Positions 22,485 through 32,900 of a stretch of DNA of 64,000 bases are shown here, one piece after another (within the stretch, counting starts at the first letter, position 1; each line of letters starts with the position of its first letter). The notes beneath the pieces were generated by a model, which worked only from the letters and a program-made list of their open reading frames with translations, was not told the DNA's origin and made no database searches. Source of the stretch: a virus. Taxonomy: Duplodnaviria > Caudoviricetes. The DNA lies in the IMG/VR virus record IMGVR_UViG_3300044699_000088, positions 1,414 to 65,413 of that record; one strand, written 5' to 3'. A program made the position numbers and the translations under genes.

Positions 22485-23759
22485 ATGTCACGGCATCGCC
22501 GCGCAGCCAAGCACTACCGATATCGTAAGGGCCTTTCGGTCAAGTCGGCGGCCACTGCCTACGCCGCCGACTCCGCCGCGACCGGGACTGTCTACAAAGA
22601 CCCGCTTTACATCGAGTCACCCCTTACGCACTCTCGCAATGCCGACGGCGATCTGATTATCGAGGGGTTCGTTTCCACCAAGGACATCGACGGGCATGGG
22701 GAAATTGTCCTGCCTACGGCGTTCGCTGGCTCCATCGCCGAGTACATGGCCACGAATCCGATTCTCCTTTTCGATCACGACACAGGCCGGCCAGTCGGCA
22801 ACGTCATTGAAGCGCAGATCGAGTCGGAGGGCGTGCGCATCAAGGCTTGCATCGACTCCGGCGAGACCGATGTCACGCGCAAGATCGAGAAGAACATCCT
22901 GCGGACGCTCTCCTTCGGCTTCACCTGGCCGGATTACGACGACGTTGAGTTCAAGGAAATGCCGGATGGTCGCGTAGTGATGGTCCTGACGGCGATCAAC
23001 TGGTGCGAGACGAGCATCGCGCCGGTCCCCTCCAACAAACATGCCATTTTCTCGATGGCCAAGGCCTTCAAGACCGAATACGCGCGCAAGAGCTTGGCGA
23101 TCGCCCAGGCCACGCCGCCAACACTCACTCCGCAACCCCAACTCCCACAGGAGGAACTGATGTACACGAAGGAATTCAAGCAACGCCTCGGGCTCGCCGA
23201 AACAGCAACAGACGCCGAGTGCGAAGCGGCGCTCGCCGATCTCGTAACCAAGAAGGCAACTATTGGCACCCTTGAAGCCGAGAATCAGCGGCTCAAGCTG
23301 GCTGGCGAAAAGAGCGCCGACGAGGCGTTCCTCCTCAAGTGGGCCGGCAAGATCGATCCGGACGTGCTCCTAGATATCAAGAGCATGTCCAATCGTGACG
23401 CCTTTGCCGAAAAGCTAGTTGCGAAAGGCGCCTCGCTCGCCGCTCCGGCCCCTCCCGCAGCTCCTCAATCAATCCCGCTCCCAGTCGGCAACCCATTGCA
23501 GGGCGCTGCGCTCGCCGCCGCGCCCTCACTTGCCCCGACTGCCGGCGCTCCCACGGAAGACGACATGTTTGTCCTCAAGGGGCTCGGCCTCTGTGACTCC
23601 TTTGAGATGGCAAGGGAAAAGGCTCTTACCGCTCCGTTCGAGGCAACGGCGAAGGTGCTCGGCGTCAAGCGACTTGGTATCGACGGAACCCAGCAAATGT
23701 ACGAGAAACAGGCAGTGGCTTCTCGCCGCGCCGCAATGGGGCTTCCTGCACAGGGCTAG
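22485..23759 (+). CDS. HK97-type prohead protease fused to scaffold region
   Basis: IEGFVST.DIDGHGE, NPILLFDHD..PVG, LSFGF, ETSIAPVPSN. Confidence 0.9.
   Translation: MSRHRRAAKHYRYRKGLSVKSAATAYAADSAATGTVYKDPLYIESPLTHSRNADGDLIIEGFVSTKDIDGHGEIVLPTAFAGSIAEYMATNPILLFDHDTGRPVGNVIEAQIESEGVRIKACIDSGETDVTRKIEKNILRTLSFGFTWPDYDDVEFKEMPDGRVVMVLTAINWCETSIAPVPSNKHAIFSMAKAFKTEYARKSLAIAQATPPTLTPQPQLPQEELMYTKEFKQRLGLAETATDAECEAALADLVTKKATIGTLEAENQRLKLAGEKSADEAFLLKWAGKIDPDVLLDIKSMSNRDAFAEKLVAKGASLAAPAPPAAPQSIPLPVGNPLQGAALAAAPSLAPTAGAPTEDDMFVLKGLGLCDSFEMAREKALTAPFEATAKVLGVKRLGIDGTQQMYEKQAVASRRAAMGLPAQG
23160..23759 (+). CDS. Putative nested scaffolding protein (internal in-frame start)
   Basis: CAGGAGG RBS then in-frame ATG (MYTKEFKQRLGLAETATDAE), as in Mu gpI/gpZ. 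Confidence 0.6.
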   Translation: MYTKEFKQRLGLAETATDAECEAALADLVTKKATIGTLEAENQRLKLAGEKSADEAFLLKWAGKIDPDVLLDIKSMSNRDAFAEKLVAKGASLAAPAPPAAPQSIPLPVGNPLQGAALAAAPSLAPTAGAPTEDDMFVLKGLGLCDSFEMAREKALTAPFEATAKVLGVKRLGIDGTQQMYEKQAVASRRAAMGLPAQG

Positions 23760-23783
23760 ACCCGCACAAGAGGAGAAATCACA

Positions 23784-24443
23784 ATGGCAAACCTTACCCG
23801 AGCCCGCGCCTCCGAACCCTACGCGTCGACGCTCCTCATTCCGGTTATGGGGCCCTATGGTGCCGCTGCAGCAACTCGATACCACGAAGGGCTAATGCAG
23901 GTGCTCGACACCGCAGGCCGCCCTAAGAATCCCGGTACTACTACCGATATCGTGGTTGGCGTTGTCACAGCGCAGGGCAAGAACATCGACAACACGGCGG
24001 GCGCCAATGACGCGACGCAGGTTTGCCTCCAGCCGGGTCCCTTCAAGTGGGATCTTCACGCGACGCACCCGCCAACGAATGCCGATCTGTTTCACCCAGT
24101 CTATGCCTCCGACAATCATACGATTTCTCGGCTCGCGTCCGATGGTTCGCTCGCGGGAATGCTCATTCTCGTAGAGGCGAGCAGTTGCTATGTGTGGGTC
24201 GGTCTTCCGGCGATTAGCGCTGCGTCTGCGCTCGCTGGTCTCACCGCGACGCCCTTGACGGGCACGCTCACAGGGACGGTAGACGGCGTTATCGCTGATA
24301 TTGCGCCCATTGCTACCGCTGGCGGCGCAACCCCGACGGCGGCGCAAGTCGATACTGCGGTCAACGGTGCCATCACAGCCATCAACGCCGTGCATAAAGA
24401 GTTCCAAGCAACGATCAACGCGATCATCTCCGATCTCTCGTAA
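23784..24443 (+). CDS. Capsid decoration/cement-like protein
   Basis: DNTAGANDA, VYASDNHTI, YVWV motifs typical of the gene before Mu-like capsid genes. Confidence 0.65.
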   Translation: MANLTRARASEPYASTLLIPVMGPYGAAAATRYHEGLMQVLDTAGRPKNPGTTTDIVVGVVTAQGKNIDNTAGANDATQVCLQPGPFKWDLHATHPPTNADLFHPVYASDNHTISRLASDGSLAGMLILVEASSCYVWVGLPAISAASALAGLTATPLTGTLTGTVDGVIADIAPIATAGGATPTAAQVDTAVNGAITAINAVHKEFQATINAIISDLS

Positions 24444-24467
24444 GAGGCGGGCCAAAGAGGAGCCAAC

Positions 24468-25370
24468 ATGTACGTCAATAACAACACATCCGCGGCGTTC
24501 ACCACGAACATCACCGGAGCGTTTTACAACGAGCTCGAAAACAATCCGGCTCCTCCGTGGCTGTCGAAGGTCTTCAAGATTCTCCTAAGCTCTGTACCAA
24601 CCGAGATCATCTCGTTTGTCACGGGCATTCCGGCCATGCGCGAATGGCTCGGTGAGCGGCGTATCCAATCGCTCGCCGCGTACAGCGTAACGGTCACCAA
24701 AAAGGACTTCGAGCTGACCGTAGGCGTTTCTCGTGATGACATCCTCTTTGATCGGTTCAACAACATCGCCGATCAGATCAGGGGGATGGGGCAGGCGGTG
24801 CCGCGGCACTTCGTCAAATTCTTCACAGACCTGTTGCTGGGCGGGTTTACCGCCTTGTCTTACGACGGGCAATACTTTTTCGACACTGACCATCCGAACG
24901 GGACCGGTGCGACGTACAGCAACAGCACCTCTGCGGCTCTGGATGCGACCTCGTTTGCGGCTGCTCGTGTTGCCTCGGCCAAGGTCGTCAACAACGATAC
25001 GGCCAAGCCGCTCAATATCCGGTACAACTGGCTCTTCTACGCCCCCGGCGCCGAGGCAGCGCAGCTCGCCCTTTTCGGAACGCAGCGCCTTGCTGGCGGC
25101 GCGGACAACGTCTACTTCAACGCCATCCCTGAGTCGCAGCGGATTCTCCTGCCGGAGCTTGGCAATACCGCGAAGTGGTTCCTACTCGATCTCAGTCAGA
25201 TCCTCAAGCCGTTCCTTCTGATGATCGTCAAGGGGCTCGACTTCGTGCCGTTCGACAAGCCGTCCGATTGGATCGTGTTTGCCAAGCGCGAGTACGTCTA
25301 CGGGATCGACACGATGGACAACGCAACGTACTTCCTTCCGGAGCTGGCATACGGGAGCTCGGTCGCGTAA
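24468..25370 (+). CDS. Major capsid protein, Mu gpT family
   Basis: PAMREWLGERRIQSL, FELTVGVSRDDI, SYDGQYFFDTDHP, WFLLDLS..KPF, ELAYGS. Confidence 0.95.
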   Translation: MYVNNNTSAAFTTNITGAFYNELENNPAPPWLSKVFKILLSSVPTEIISFVTGIPAMREWLGERRIQSLAAYSVTVTKKDFELTVGVSRDDILFDRFNNIADQIRGMGQAVPRHFVKFFTDLLLGGFTALSYDGQYFFDTDHPNGTGATYSNSTSAALDATSFAAARVASAKVVNNDTAKPLNIRYNWLFYAPGAEAAQLALFGTQRLAGGADNVYFNAIPESQRILLPELGNTAKWFLLDLSQILKPFLLMIVKGLDFVPFDKPSDWIVFAKREYVYGIDTMDNATYFLPELAYGSSVA

Positions 25371-25391
25371 TGAGTCCGCGCTACTGAACCG

Positions 25392-25775
25392 ATGGCGACG
25401 AACAAAGGAGCGAGCATGGCCCAGCAGCAGCAAGGGAGCGCAACGGCGGCAACGCAACCACCCGTGACGGGGACGCAACCGCAATCGGTCACGATCACGC
25501 CGCCGGGCGTTGAACAGCCAAAGACCGAACAGCCGAAGACTGAGCAGGCCAAAAAGCCGACCGTCAAGCTGCTGCTCCTCTCAATGAGCGGACAGCCGCG
25601 CAACAGGGGAGGATTCGCGATCCCTCCCAACAATGCGGCGCCGCTTGTTGTGGACGTGGCAACGCTCAGTGAGGCTGATCTGGCAGCCCTGGAAGCCGAC
25701 CCTCTGATCATCAGGCTCCGCTCCGACGCTCCGCTCACTCCCGAGACAGACATCGTTCGCTTGAAGCGCTCGTAA
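25392..25775 (+). CDS. Mu gp35-like head-associated protein
   Basis: LSEADLAALEADPLI motif; after capsid gene. Confidence 0.55.
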   Translation: MATNKGASMAQQQQGSATAATQPPVTGTQPQSVTITPPGVEQPKTEQPKTEQAKKPTVKLLLLSMSGQPRNRGGFAIPPNNAAPLVVDVATLSEADLAALEADPLIIRLRSDAPLTPETDIVRLKRS

Positions 25776-25782
25776 GGAAGCC

Positions 25783-26313
25783 ATGCCCTCCACCTTCGCC
25801 GGAAACTACCTCAAGGAACCGAGTGATATGGCGGTGGTGTGCACTGAGCACGGCATCATCCTCACTTGCGACGATCCGGGTGGAGAAGATGCGCGGGACG
25901 TCGATAATTGGGCGGATCTCTCCGTTCCCCAGAAGGCCGCGATTGTTGCGGTGATGAACTCGATCATCGGGCCCGTCGAGGCGACCATCAACGGCTACGC
26001 TCGCCGGTGGGGATACGCCATCCCGCTCTATCCCCTCGATACGATCGTCACTGAGCTCGCCGCCCGTCTTGCGTGGATTTCGATGCGCCAGCGCTCCGGA
26101 GGACTCACCTCTCAGGCTGCTGAGGAGGAGCGAGAGGTTTTCCGCCAAGGCATCCTCGAGGACTTGGCTATGGGGAAACTGATCCTCACGGCCGGCGATG
26201 ACTCCTCGTCAGTCGCTCCCCAGGCGCACGTCTACAGCTTTACCGACGCTGCCTCACGGGATACGACGGGCATGACCCCGCGCATGTCCCGGCACACACT
26301 GAGGGGCTTCTGA
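25783..26313 (+). CDS. Head-tail adaptor, Mu gp36/DUF1320-like
   Basis: ATINGYARRWGYAIPL, LEDLAMGKLIL, MSRHTLRGF. Confidence 0.75.
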   Translation: MPSTFAGNYLKEPSDMAVVCTEHGIILTCDDPGGEDARDVDNWADLSVPQKAAIVAVMNSIIGPVEATINGYARRWGYAIPLYPLDTIVTELAARLAWISMRQRSGGLTSQAAEEEREVFRQGILEDLAMGKLILTAGDDSSSVAPQAHVYSFTDAASRDTTGMTPRMSRHTLRGF

Positions 26314-26928
26314 TGATTCGCCCAATCGTTCGGATCATCGGACTCGCATCGATCGAGAAAAAGATGCATCTCGGCCGGCGAGGACTCGCTACGCCCGAAG
26401 TGCTCGAGGGCGTTGGCAAGCTCGGTGTGAAGTCAATCCAGCGGGACATGCGCGCTCAGCGCTCGCCTGATGGCACGCCGTACCCGCGGGTGAACCGCTA
26501 TGGCCGCGGGGGGAAAGCGCCTCCTGGATACGCTGCGCCTCCTCCGGTCAGTCATGGCCACCGTCTCAGGCTCCCGCGTTGTCATCACGTCTGACGTGTT
26601 CTATGCCGCTCGCCAACACTGGGGCGGGGTTGTGAGGCCACGGAAAGCGAAGATGCTGGCCATCCCCCTCACTCGGGCGGTTGCACGCGCTGTGGCGTCT
26701 GCGGGCTCGTTCCGGAGCGCATTCCCGGATGCATTCGTCTTCACCTCGAAAGCCGGCAACATCCTGCTCTCACGGAAACGGGCAGACAGAAAGCTGGACC
26801 CGATCGCGGTACTCAAGAGAAGCGTTCGTATCCCGCCAACGAAGTTCCTCGGGATCTCTGAGCAGGGTACGCAGGAAATGTTCGCCTACATCAACCGCAT
26901 GGTGCTGCGCGCGATGGAGGCCGCATGA
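26313..26928 (+). CDS. Phage virion morphogenesis protein (Mu gpG-like), frameshift in G-run ~26510
   Basis: QRSPDGTPY / LLDTLRLLRS, YAARQHWGG, IPPTKFLGIS. Confidence 0.8.
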
Positions 26929-27413
26929 CGTTCGCCCCCGACCTAGAAGCGCTGGAGTCGGCCATTGCCACGAGGCTCATGGAGATCGATAACACCAGCT
27001 TCACGCCGACCGAGCCCCTCTTGCGTTCCGTGTTCAACCTGATCGACGAGAGCCTCAGTGACGATGAGACTCCCCGCAAGCTGCCCGGCGTCGGGATCTT
27101 GCACGAGTCTGAAGATTGGGAGCCAGATCGACTCTTAGGGGAAGCGGTAGCGCAAGAGGGGCGCGAGCGTTGGCAGCTCTACGTACTTTGCGATGCGCCT
27201 AACCGAGAAGGCGGCATGCGCGGCAAGCGCGGCGCCTACAACGTCACCAAACAGATCATCGAGGACATGGACGGGTGGCCAATCCTCGCCGGCTGTCCGC
27301 TTTCTATTGATCGCCGGCACCGCTATCAAGCCCGTAACGAGAACGGCGAGCTGGTTCCGATCGCCGGCTACGTGCTCGAGATGTCCCACCCCGTCTACTA
27401 CGAGACCGACTGA
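26925..27413 (+). CDS. Tail terminator-like (Mu gp37-like) protein
   Basis: Position; LESAIATRL, GAYNVTKQIIEDMDGW. Confidence 0.5.
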   Translation: MTFAPDLEALESAIATRLMEIDNTSFTPTEPLLRSVFNLIDESLSDDETPRKLPGVGILHESEDWEPDRLLGEAVAQEGRERWQLYVLCDAPNREGGMRGKRGAYNVTKQIIEDMDGWPILAGCPLSIDRRHRYQARNENGELVPIAGYVLEMSHPVYYETD

Positions 27414-27427
27414 CCCGGAGGTACATC

Positions 27428-27967
27428 ATGACTGATCCAATCAATACGGAGCCGGGTGCAATGACCACGACCTCAACTCCTCAGCCGAACGGTAAACGGC
27501 GAGGGGAGACCGATACGGGGTCCGCTGCATCCGAGTCGAAAAGGGTCCATCTCATTCATCACGGCAAATCAACCGTCACCGTGCCGGCTGTCAAGCGCGA
27601 AGTGATCGTGAGCGATGAGAACGATCCCGATTACGGGAACGTCCGAGAGATTGAGGTTGAGCCCTCTTATGAAATCAAGGGGGAGCTCCCCAAGGGAACG
27701 AAGTTCGGACGATACCGCGTAGGCGTTGCACACGAAATTACCGATCCGATCGAAGAGAAAGCCCTCCGCGCACGCGGCTTCGAGGACGCGACTCCGGCTG
27801 AAGTTGAGGAATCCACAAAGGCCGGCTCAAGTTCCGTTGACGCAATCGCGAAGCGTGAGCGCGAACGGGCAGCAATCAACTATCAGACATTGACAACGGG
27901 ACGGCGGCCCCGCGCGGCAATAGAGAACACCGAAAAGACCGACACCGAAAAGACGCCGAGGGGGTAA
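27428..27967 (+). CDS. Hypothetical structural-module protein
   Basis: GGAGG RBS; between neck and tail-tube genes. Confidence 0.55.
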   Translation: MTDPINTEPGAMTTTSTPQPNGKRRGETDTGSAASESKRVHLIHHGKSTVTVPAVKREVIVSDENDPDYGNVREIEVEPSYEIKGELPKGTKFGRYRVGVAHEITDPIEEKALRARGFEDATPAEVEESTKAGSSSVDAIAKRERERAAINYQTLTTGRRPRAAIENTEKTDTEKTPRG

Positions 27968-27970
27968 TCC

Positions 27971-28930
27971 ATGGCTCAGGGAAGAGGCTCTAAAGCGTCA
28001 CTTCGGATGTATGAGGAAGCCACATACGGCGCAACACCAGCGTCGCGCCCAGGAGTGCGCCTTCCGGCCGTCGATATAGGCGTCAATCTCACGCAAGGGA
28101 AAGTCAGCAGCCGTGTGTTGCAGGGCAACCGATCCGAAACGATGCCGAGCGTTGACAGCAAGACCGTCGGCGGCGGTACGACCTTACAGCCGGACGTCCG
28201 CTCCATCGGATGGATTCTGTATGGGCTGTTCGGCACATACGGGGTTGCTGGCCCAGCGAGCGGCCTATACACACACACGTTTACGGTCGGAACCCTCGCC
28301 AAGACCTACATGCTGGAGAAGTGGTTCTCGGATTTGTCCATCTCCATGCAGTACGTAGGGTGCAAGCCCAACGGTCTGACATGGGAGGTTGGCACAGGCG
28401 GATTACAGGAATGCGGTGTTGATTGGATCGGCCAGAATGAAATTGTAGGGACTGCTCCCGAGGATGCCACGCCTCTGCTGCATTCCGTCGTTGGTTTTAA
28501 AGTTCCCACCGTCACGCTCTCGCAGGGTGGGGCGGCGTTGACTGCAGCGACCAAGTTTGGGATGAACATCACGAATAACATCGAAGGCACAAGGACTATC
28601 GGCAACGCTGGCCTCATTAGCGACGCGCCGGAGGGGATGATTGGCATCAGCGGTGGTTTCGAAGTCACGTTTACATCGATCACGCAGTACAACAAGGCAA
28701 TCAATGCGACGGAAGAGGCGCTCATACTCACCTATCCGGCCGCGGCCGCGATGTCACTCCAGTTCCTGATCGACGAGGTTCAATACGACGTGCAATCACC
28801 GGGCGTGCCGGGACCGGGCGGGCTTGTGGTCCCGATGAATTACAAGGCGTATTACGACGATGGTGCGGCCGCGAGCGCGATTCGAGCAATCCTCGTGAAC
28901 GACGTCGTTACCTATGCCGCAATTCCGTAA
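27971..28930 (+). CDS. Major tail (tube) protein, non-contractile
   Basis: YEEATYGATP, YTHTFT, QYVGCK, SPGVPGPGGL; no sheath gene nearby. Confidence 0.85.
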   Translation: MAQGRGSKASLRMYEEATYGATPASRPGVRLPAVDIGVNLTQGKVSSRVLQGNRSETMPSVDSKTVGGGTTLQPDVRSIGWILYGLFGTYGVAGPASGLYTHTFTVGTLAKTYMLEKWFSDLSISMQYVGCKPNGLTWEVGTGGLQECGVDWIGQNEIVGTAPEDATPLLHSVVGFKVPTVTLSQGGAALTAATKFGMNITNNIEGTRTIGNAGLISDAPEGMIGISGGFEVTFTSITQYNKAINATEEALILTYPAAAAMSLQFLIDEVQYDVQSPGVPGPGGLVVPMNYKAYYDDGAAASAIRAILVNDVVTYAAIP

Positions 28931-28991
28931 GACGAGAGAACGAGACACTAGCTAGAGACCAGATAGGCCAGCAGCAACCGGCGCAGTACGT

Positions 28992-29044
28992 GCCCCCACG
29001 ATCTCGGAGTGAGTACATGCCGAGGGGATCGTGGGGGCTTTCTA
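28992..29044 (+). terminator. Long hairpin/intrinsic terminator after tail tube gene
   Basis: GCCCCCACGATC...GATCGTGGGGGC followed by TTTCT. Confidence 0.6.
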
Positions 29045-29078
29045 TTAACCGCAGATCAGACGACGAGGAAAGCTCCCA

Positions 29079-29597
29079 ATGAAGCTCGGCATTTTCACCA
29101 GTAACGAAGACTTGCAACGCACTCGACCCTGGATTTACCCACCCTCTGTCGAAGATGAAGAGAAAGTCATCTTTCATCTTCGACCCTGGACCCGCTCATC
29201 GCTGGCCATCGTCGAAAAACGAGCCAAGGCAAAGAACATTGCTGTCATGGATGCGGATCAAGTTCTGTGGGGCATCGGAGGCAACGACAAGGACCGGCGC
29301 AATGAGGCCTATCTCCGTGAGCTCGCGAATTACCTTATCGCCGACTGGGAGGGCATTACCTTCGCGAATGAGTTCGTCGATCCGGACACCGGGACAGAGT
29401 ACAAGGTCGGCGACCCGATGCCCTGCGACTATCGCATGAAGGTGTTCCTCTTCGAAAATTCACAACTCGCGGTTGACATCGTAAGCGCGGCGCAGAAATT
29501 CGCCACGATCGAAATCACTGATGACGCAAAAAACTCAGAGCGCTCATTCGCTGGCGAGGATGCCCGAAAGAACTCGCCGAACCGGGTGAGCGCGTAG
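29079..29597 (+). CDS. Tail assembly chaperone (gpG-like)
   Basis: IADWEGI..PMPC; precedes tape measure; slippery A AAA AAC at 29528-29534. Confidence 0.8.
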   Translation: MKLGIFTSNEDLQRTRPWIYPPSVEDEEKVIFHLRPWTRSSLAIVEKRAKAKNIAVMDADQVLWGIGGNDKDRRNEAYLRELANYLIADWEGITFANEFVDPDTGTEYKVGDPMPCDYRMKVFLFENSQLAVDIVSAAQKFATIEITDDAKNSERSFAGEDARKNSPNRVSA

Positions 29598-29983
29598 CGG
29601 GGCAGTGCAGGGACACATGCCACTTTCAGGGCGTGTGCAGGAGTCCTGAGGATTGCTGGTCCATACCGCCAACGGTAGAGCCCACGAATGAACGCGCATG
29701 GTCGATCTGGTGTTTGCTCGAAAGCCAATGGCTAGTGGCCGGTATGGGGGGCGTCATCGGGTGGGCGGGCTATGAGAGCGCGCTGGAGCTTCTCATTCAC
29801 GGCTATCGGGTCAGGGGAGGGGAGCTGATCGCAGAGGTGGAGCGCTTGAAGATCCTTGAAGCATCGCAAATGGAGATTGAGAACAAACGGCTAGCCATGA
29901 AGACCAAGGGCACAGACACGAAGCTCGATGCTGAGCGCGTAGAAGGTGATCTCTCGGATATCGAGACAGAGGAACCGGACTAG
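29528..29983 (+). CDS. -1 frameshift extension of tail chaperone (gpT-like)
   Basis: -1 frame is open from the slippery site (KLRALIRW...) into ORF 29633-29983 (NERAWSIW..QWLVAGMGG). Confidence 0.8.
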   Translation, partial: KKLRALIRWRGCPKELAEPGERVAGQCRDTCHFQGVCRSPEDCWSIPPTVEPTNERAWSIWCLLESQWLVAGMGGVIGWAGYESALELLIHGYRVRGGELIAEVERLKILEASQMEIENKRLAMKTKGTDTKLDAERVEGDLSDIETEEPD

Positions 29984-32900
29984 ATGCGCTTAGCGTTAGA
30001 GATCGACGTAAAGCAGGTGGGCAACGGTTTCGAGCTCACTAGCGCTGGCTTGCGCCAACTCGAAGGCTCCGCTGCTACGGCGAACTCCGGGCTTGCCGGC
30101 ATGGGCACCACCCTTGGATCGATGGCCGGAGTGGCGTCTGCGGCCGTCGCCGCAGTCGGTGCCCTCGCGGGTTCATTCGCAGCGCTCAAGTCCGCTCTGA
30201 CAACGGGCGTTGAATTCAACGCGCTACTCGAAACATCGAAGCTCGGCCTCGCTGCCATCATCGCGCAAACCGGAAACATCGTCGATGCGCAAGGGAAGGC
30301 GCTCAAGAGCCAGGAGAAATTCAATGCTGCCCAGGTTTTCGCGGTGCAGGTGCAAAAGGATCTGCAGGTAGCGGCACGGGAGACGTCCGCTACGTATCAG
30401 GAGCTACTCGCTGGCGTACAGGCAGCAACGCCCAAGGCGATCGAGCAAGGCTTTTCCATCAAACAGATCACCGAGTTCGTGAAGCTCGCCTCGCAGGCAG
30501 CCACGGCGATCAATCCCCTCCTCTTACGCGAAGGGCAATTCTCTCAGGAATTGCGCGGCCTTATGGAGGGAGATCTCTCGCGCATGTCACAGCTTTCCCG
30601 CACGGTGTTCTCTGAATTCGCCGGCAACGCCGCAGCACTACGCAAGCACATGAACGAGCTCGCGGCCGAGGGCAAGCTCTTCGACTTCATGAAAGAGAAG
30701 TTGGGCGCCTTCGGTATCGCCGGGAAACTGTCCATGGGTACGCTCACCGTGGCTACGTCGAATCTGAAGGACAGTTGGCAGCAGGCGATGGGGCAAGCCA
30801 CGCAGAGCTTGACCACGGATCTAGCCGGCTCTGTAGTGAAGCTTAATGATGCCCTTTTCGTCACCGATGTAAATGGGCAGAAGGCGTTCAATCCGGTGAT
30901 CGTCGAAACGATCCGGTCTATGGCTGATGTCATCGGAACGGTCGTTGTCAAGCTAACTGACCTCATCGCGCTGTTCCCGAAATGGGCCACGGCGATCAAG
31001 GATACCGCCGCGCTCTGGTACGAGAAGCTCATTCCAATCCTCGCAAAGATGGAGGATTTGATTCAGCAGGCGCAAAGGGTAGCCACCCCGGCGCCAATTG
31101 CGGCTGCCAATAGAGCCGGCGAAGGGTTCAGGGGCATCGTAAAAGACACATTCAGCCAAGTCGGCGATGCATGGACCGAGGTTATGGGTCCGGTCGTCAA
31201 GGACTGGAAAGGAATGTTCTTAGAGCTGTCAGGAGCAGTTCCACGCGGCAACACGGGGATGTTTCAGCGACAGCGAACGGCAAGAGAAGCACCCATCGAA
31301 GAGCAGGCGATTGTCGGACTATTGGGGCCGCAGGGTAGCCCTCGGCTGCTTCCTCCTCCGCCGAAGCCGACCGACCCCGCCATTGCGGCTAAATCGCTCG
31401 CCGATGCCGCCAAGCGGCTAGCCATCTTCGAGAGGCTGCGTCTCCAAGTAGATGCCATCGGCGATCGTCAGGAACGAGACCTGGTTACGGCGGAGGCGCA
31501 CTCCCGCATTGCTGCGCTCGACGCCAAGGCCGCAGAGGCGAAATTCCAGTTTGAAGTGATGGCATCGAGCGGATTGATGAAACAGGGCGATCTACTGAAG
31601 CTCGAGCAGAACCAACAGCAAACCCTTCTTTCCATTGCCATCAAAAAGGCGAAGGTCGAGGGTGAAGCTCGAGCGGCAGAGACACTGTTCCGGCACACAC
31701 AAGGGATGAACAAAATTGCTACGGAGGAGATCGCGGTCAAGGCAGCTCAAAGCGCCAAGGGAGTCGAGCCGTTTCTTAAATTGCAAGCCGACGTACTCCT
31801 AGCAGACCTTGACCGCAAGAGGACCGCCCTACTTGCGCAACATGGGGAAGACATCGAGGAAAACGCAAAAAAGACCGATGCCGCGGTAACTGCGATCGAA
31901 CGGCAGGGAATCCTTGATCGAAACAAGCTCGCTCTTGCTGCCTATGAGAACCAAAACCGCCACATCATCGCCCTCTACGAGGACATGAATCGGACCATTG
32001 CCAAAGGTGCAGAAGATGCGTTCTCCGACCTGGTGGCCGGGCGCGGTCTCAAGGACGCAGCGAACAGTTTTGCCGATGGCCTCCGGCAAGCGCTCGCCTC
32101 GCAAGTCAATGCGCACGTGACAGAGTGGATGGCGGCGCTCAAAACGGCCGCACTGAGACCTGACACCCGAAAATATGACGCGACCGGTAAAGTGATCAGC
32201 GGTCAAGCCAGCAGCCCAATGTCCGCCGCGGCTTACGGCGGCATCCAGGGCGCAGCCGCCCTTTATGGCATCTACCAGACGCGCGGCACCATGTCGAAAA
32301 ACGAGAGCGCCCTGTCTGGCGCCGCGTCGGGCGCCGCCGCAGGCGGGATGTTCGGGCCGTGGGGAGCTGTCATCGGCGGAGTTGTCGGCGGCATCGCTGG
32401 CTACGCAGCCGGCGGCAAAAAGGAAGGCTATGAGCTGACCGTATCGGGCGGGAAGGTCCATGTCAAAGCGCTCGGCAAAGCGACCGCTGCACATGCCGCA
32501 CAAGCCGAGCGTGATCTGAATCGAGCCATCGAAGCGACGCAAGACGTCATCAAGAACATCTTCGACTCGCTACCAACGTCCATTATCGACGCTCTTGCCG
32601 GCAACATGGCGAACATTGGTGATCAGGTGCTCGGCCCGGCTGCGGAACCGTGGAAGGATAAGACGTTTCTTGGTAAATCGTCCAAGGTGCTCGAGGATCT
32701 TCTTTTCGGCCCAGTGGTCGGGAAGATGCTTTCCAACTTCAGGACCAAGGTGCATCAGGAAGTTGGCGGGTTGTCCGGCGAAGAGCTGAAAGATTTCGTC
32801 GAGAACGGTATTCCGACGATGCTCTTCAAGGCTTACGAGCCGATCTTTAAAGAAGGTCTCGGAGCTCTTGGTGTCACTGAAGGCAAGCTCAAAGAGCTGC

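Noticed and set aside
26500-26515. Programmed frameshift in the gpG-like gene
   Set aside because: G homopolymer in a contig with many similar indels; sequencing error is more likely.
17952-26928. Transposable Mu-like phage
   Set aside because: No MuA/MuB, Mor or gam seen; a tyrosine integrase and attP are present.
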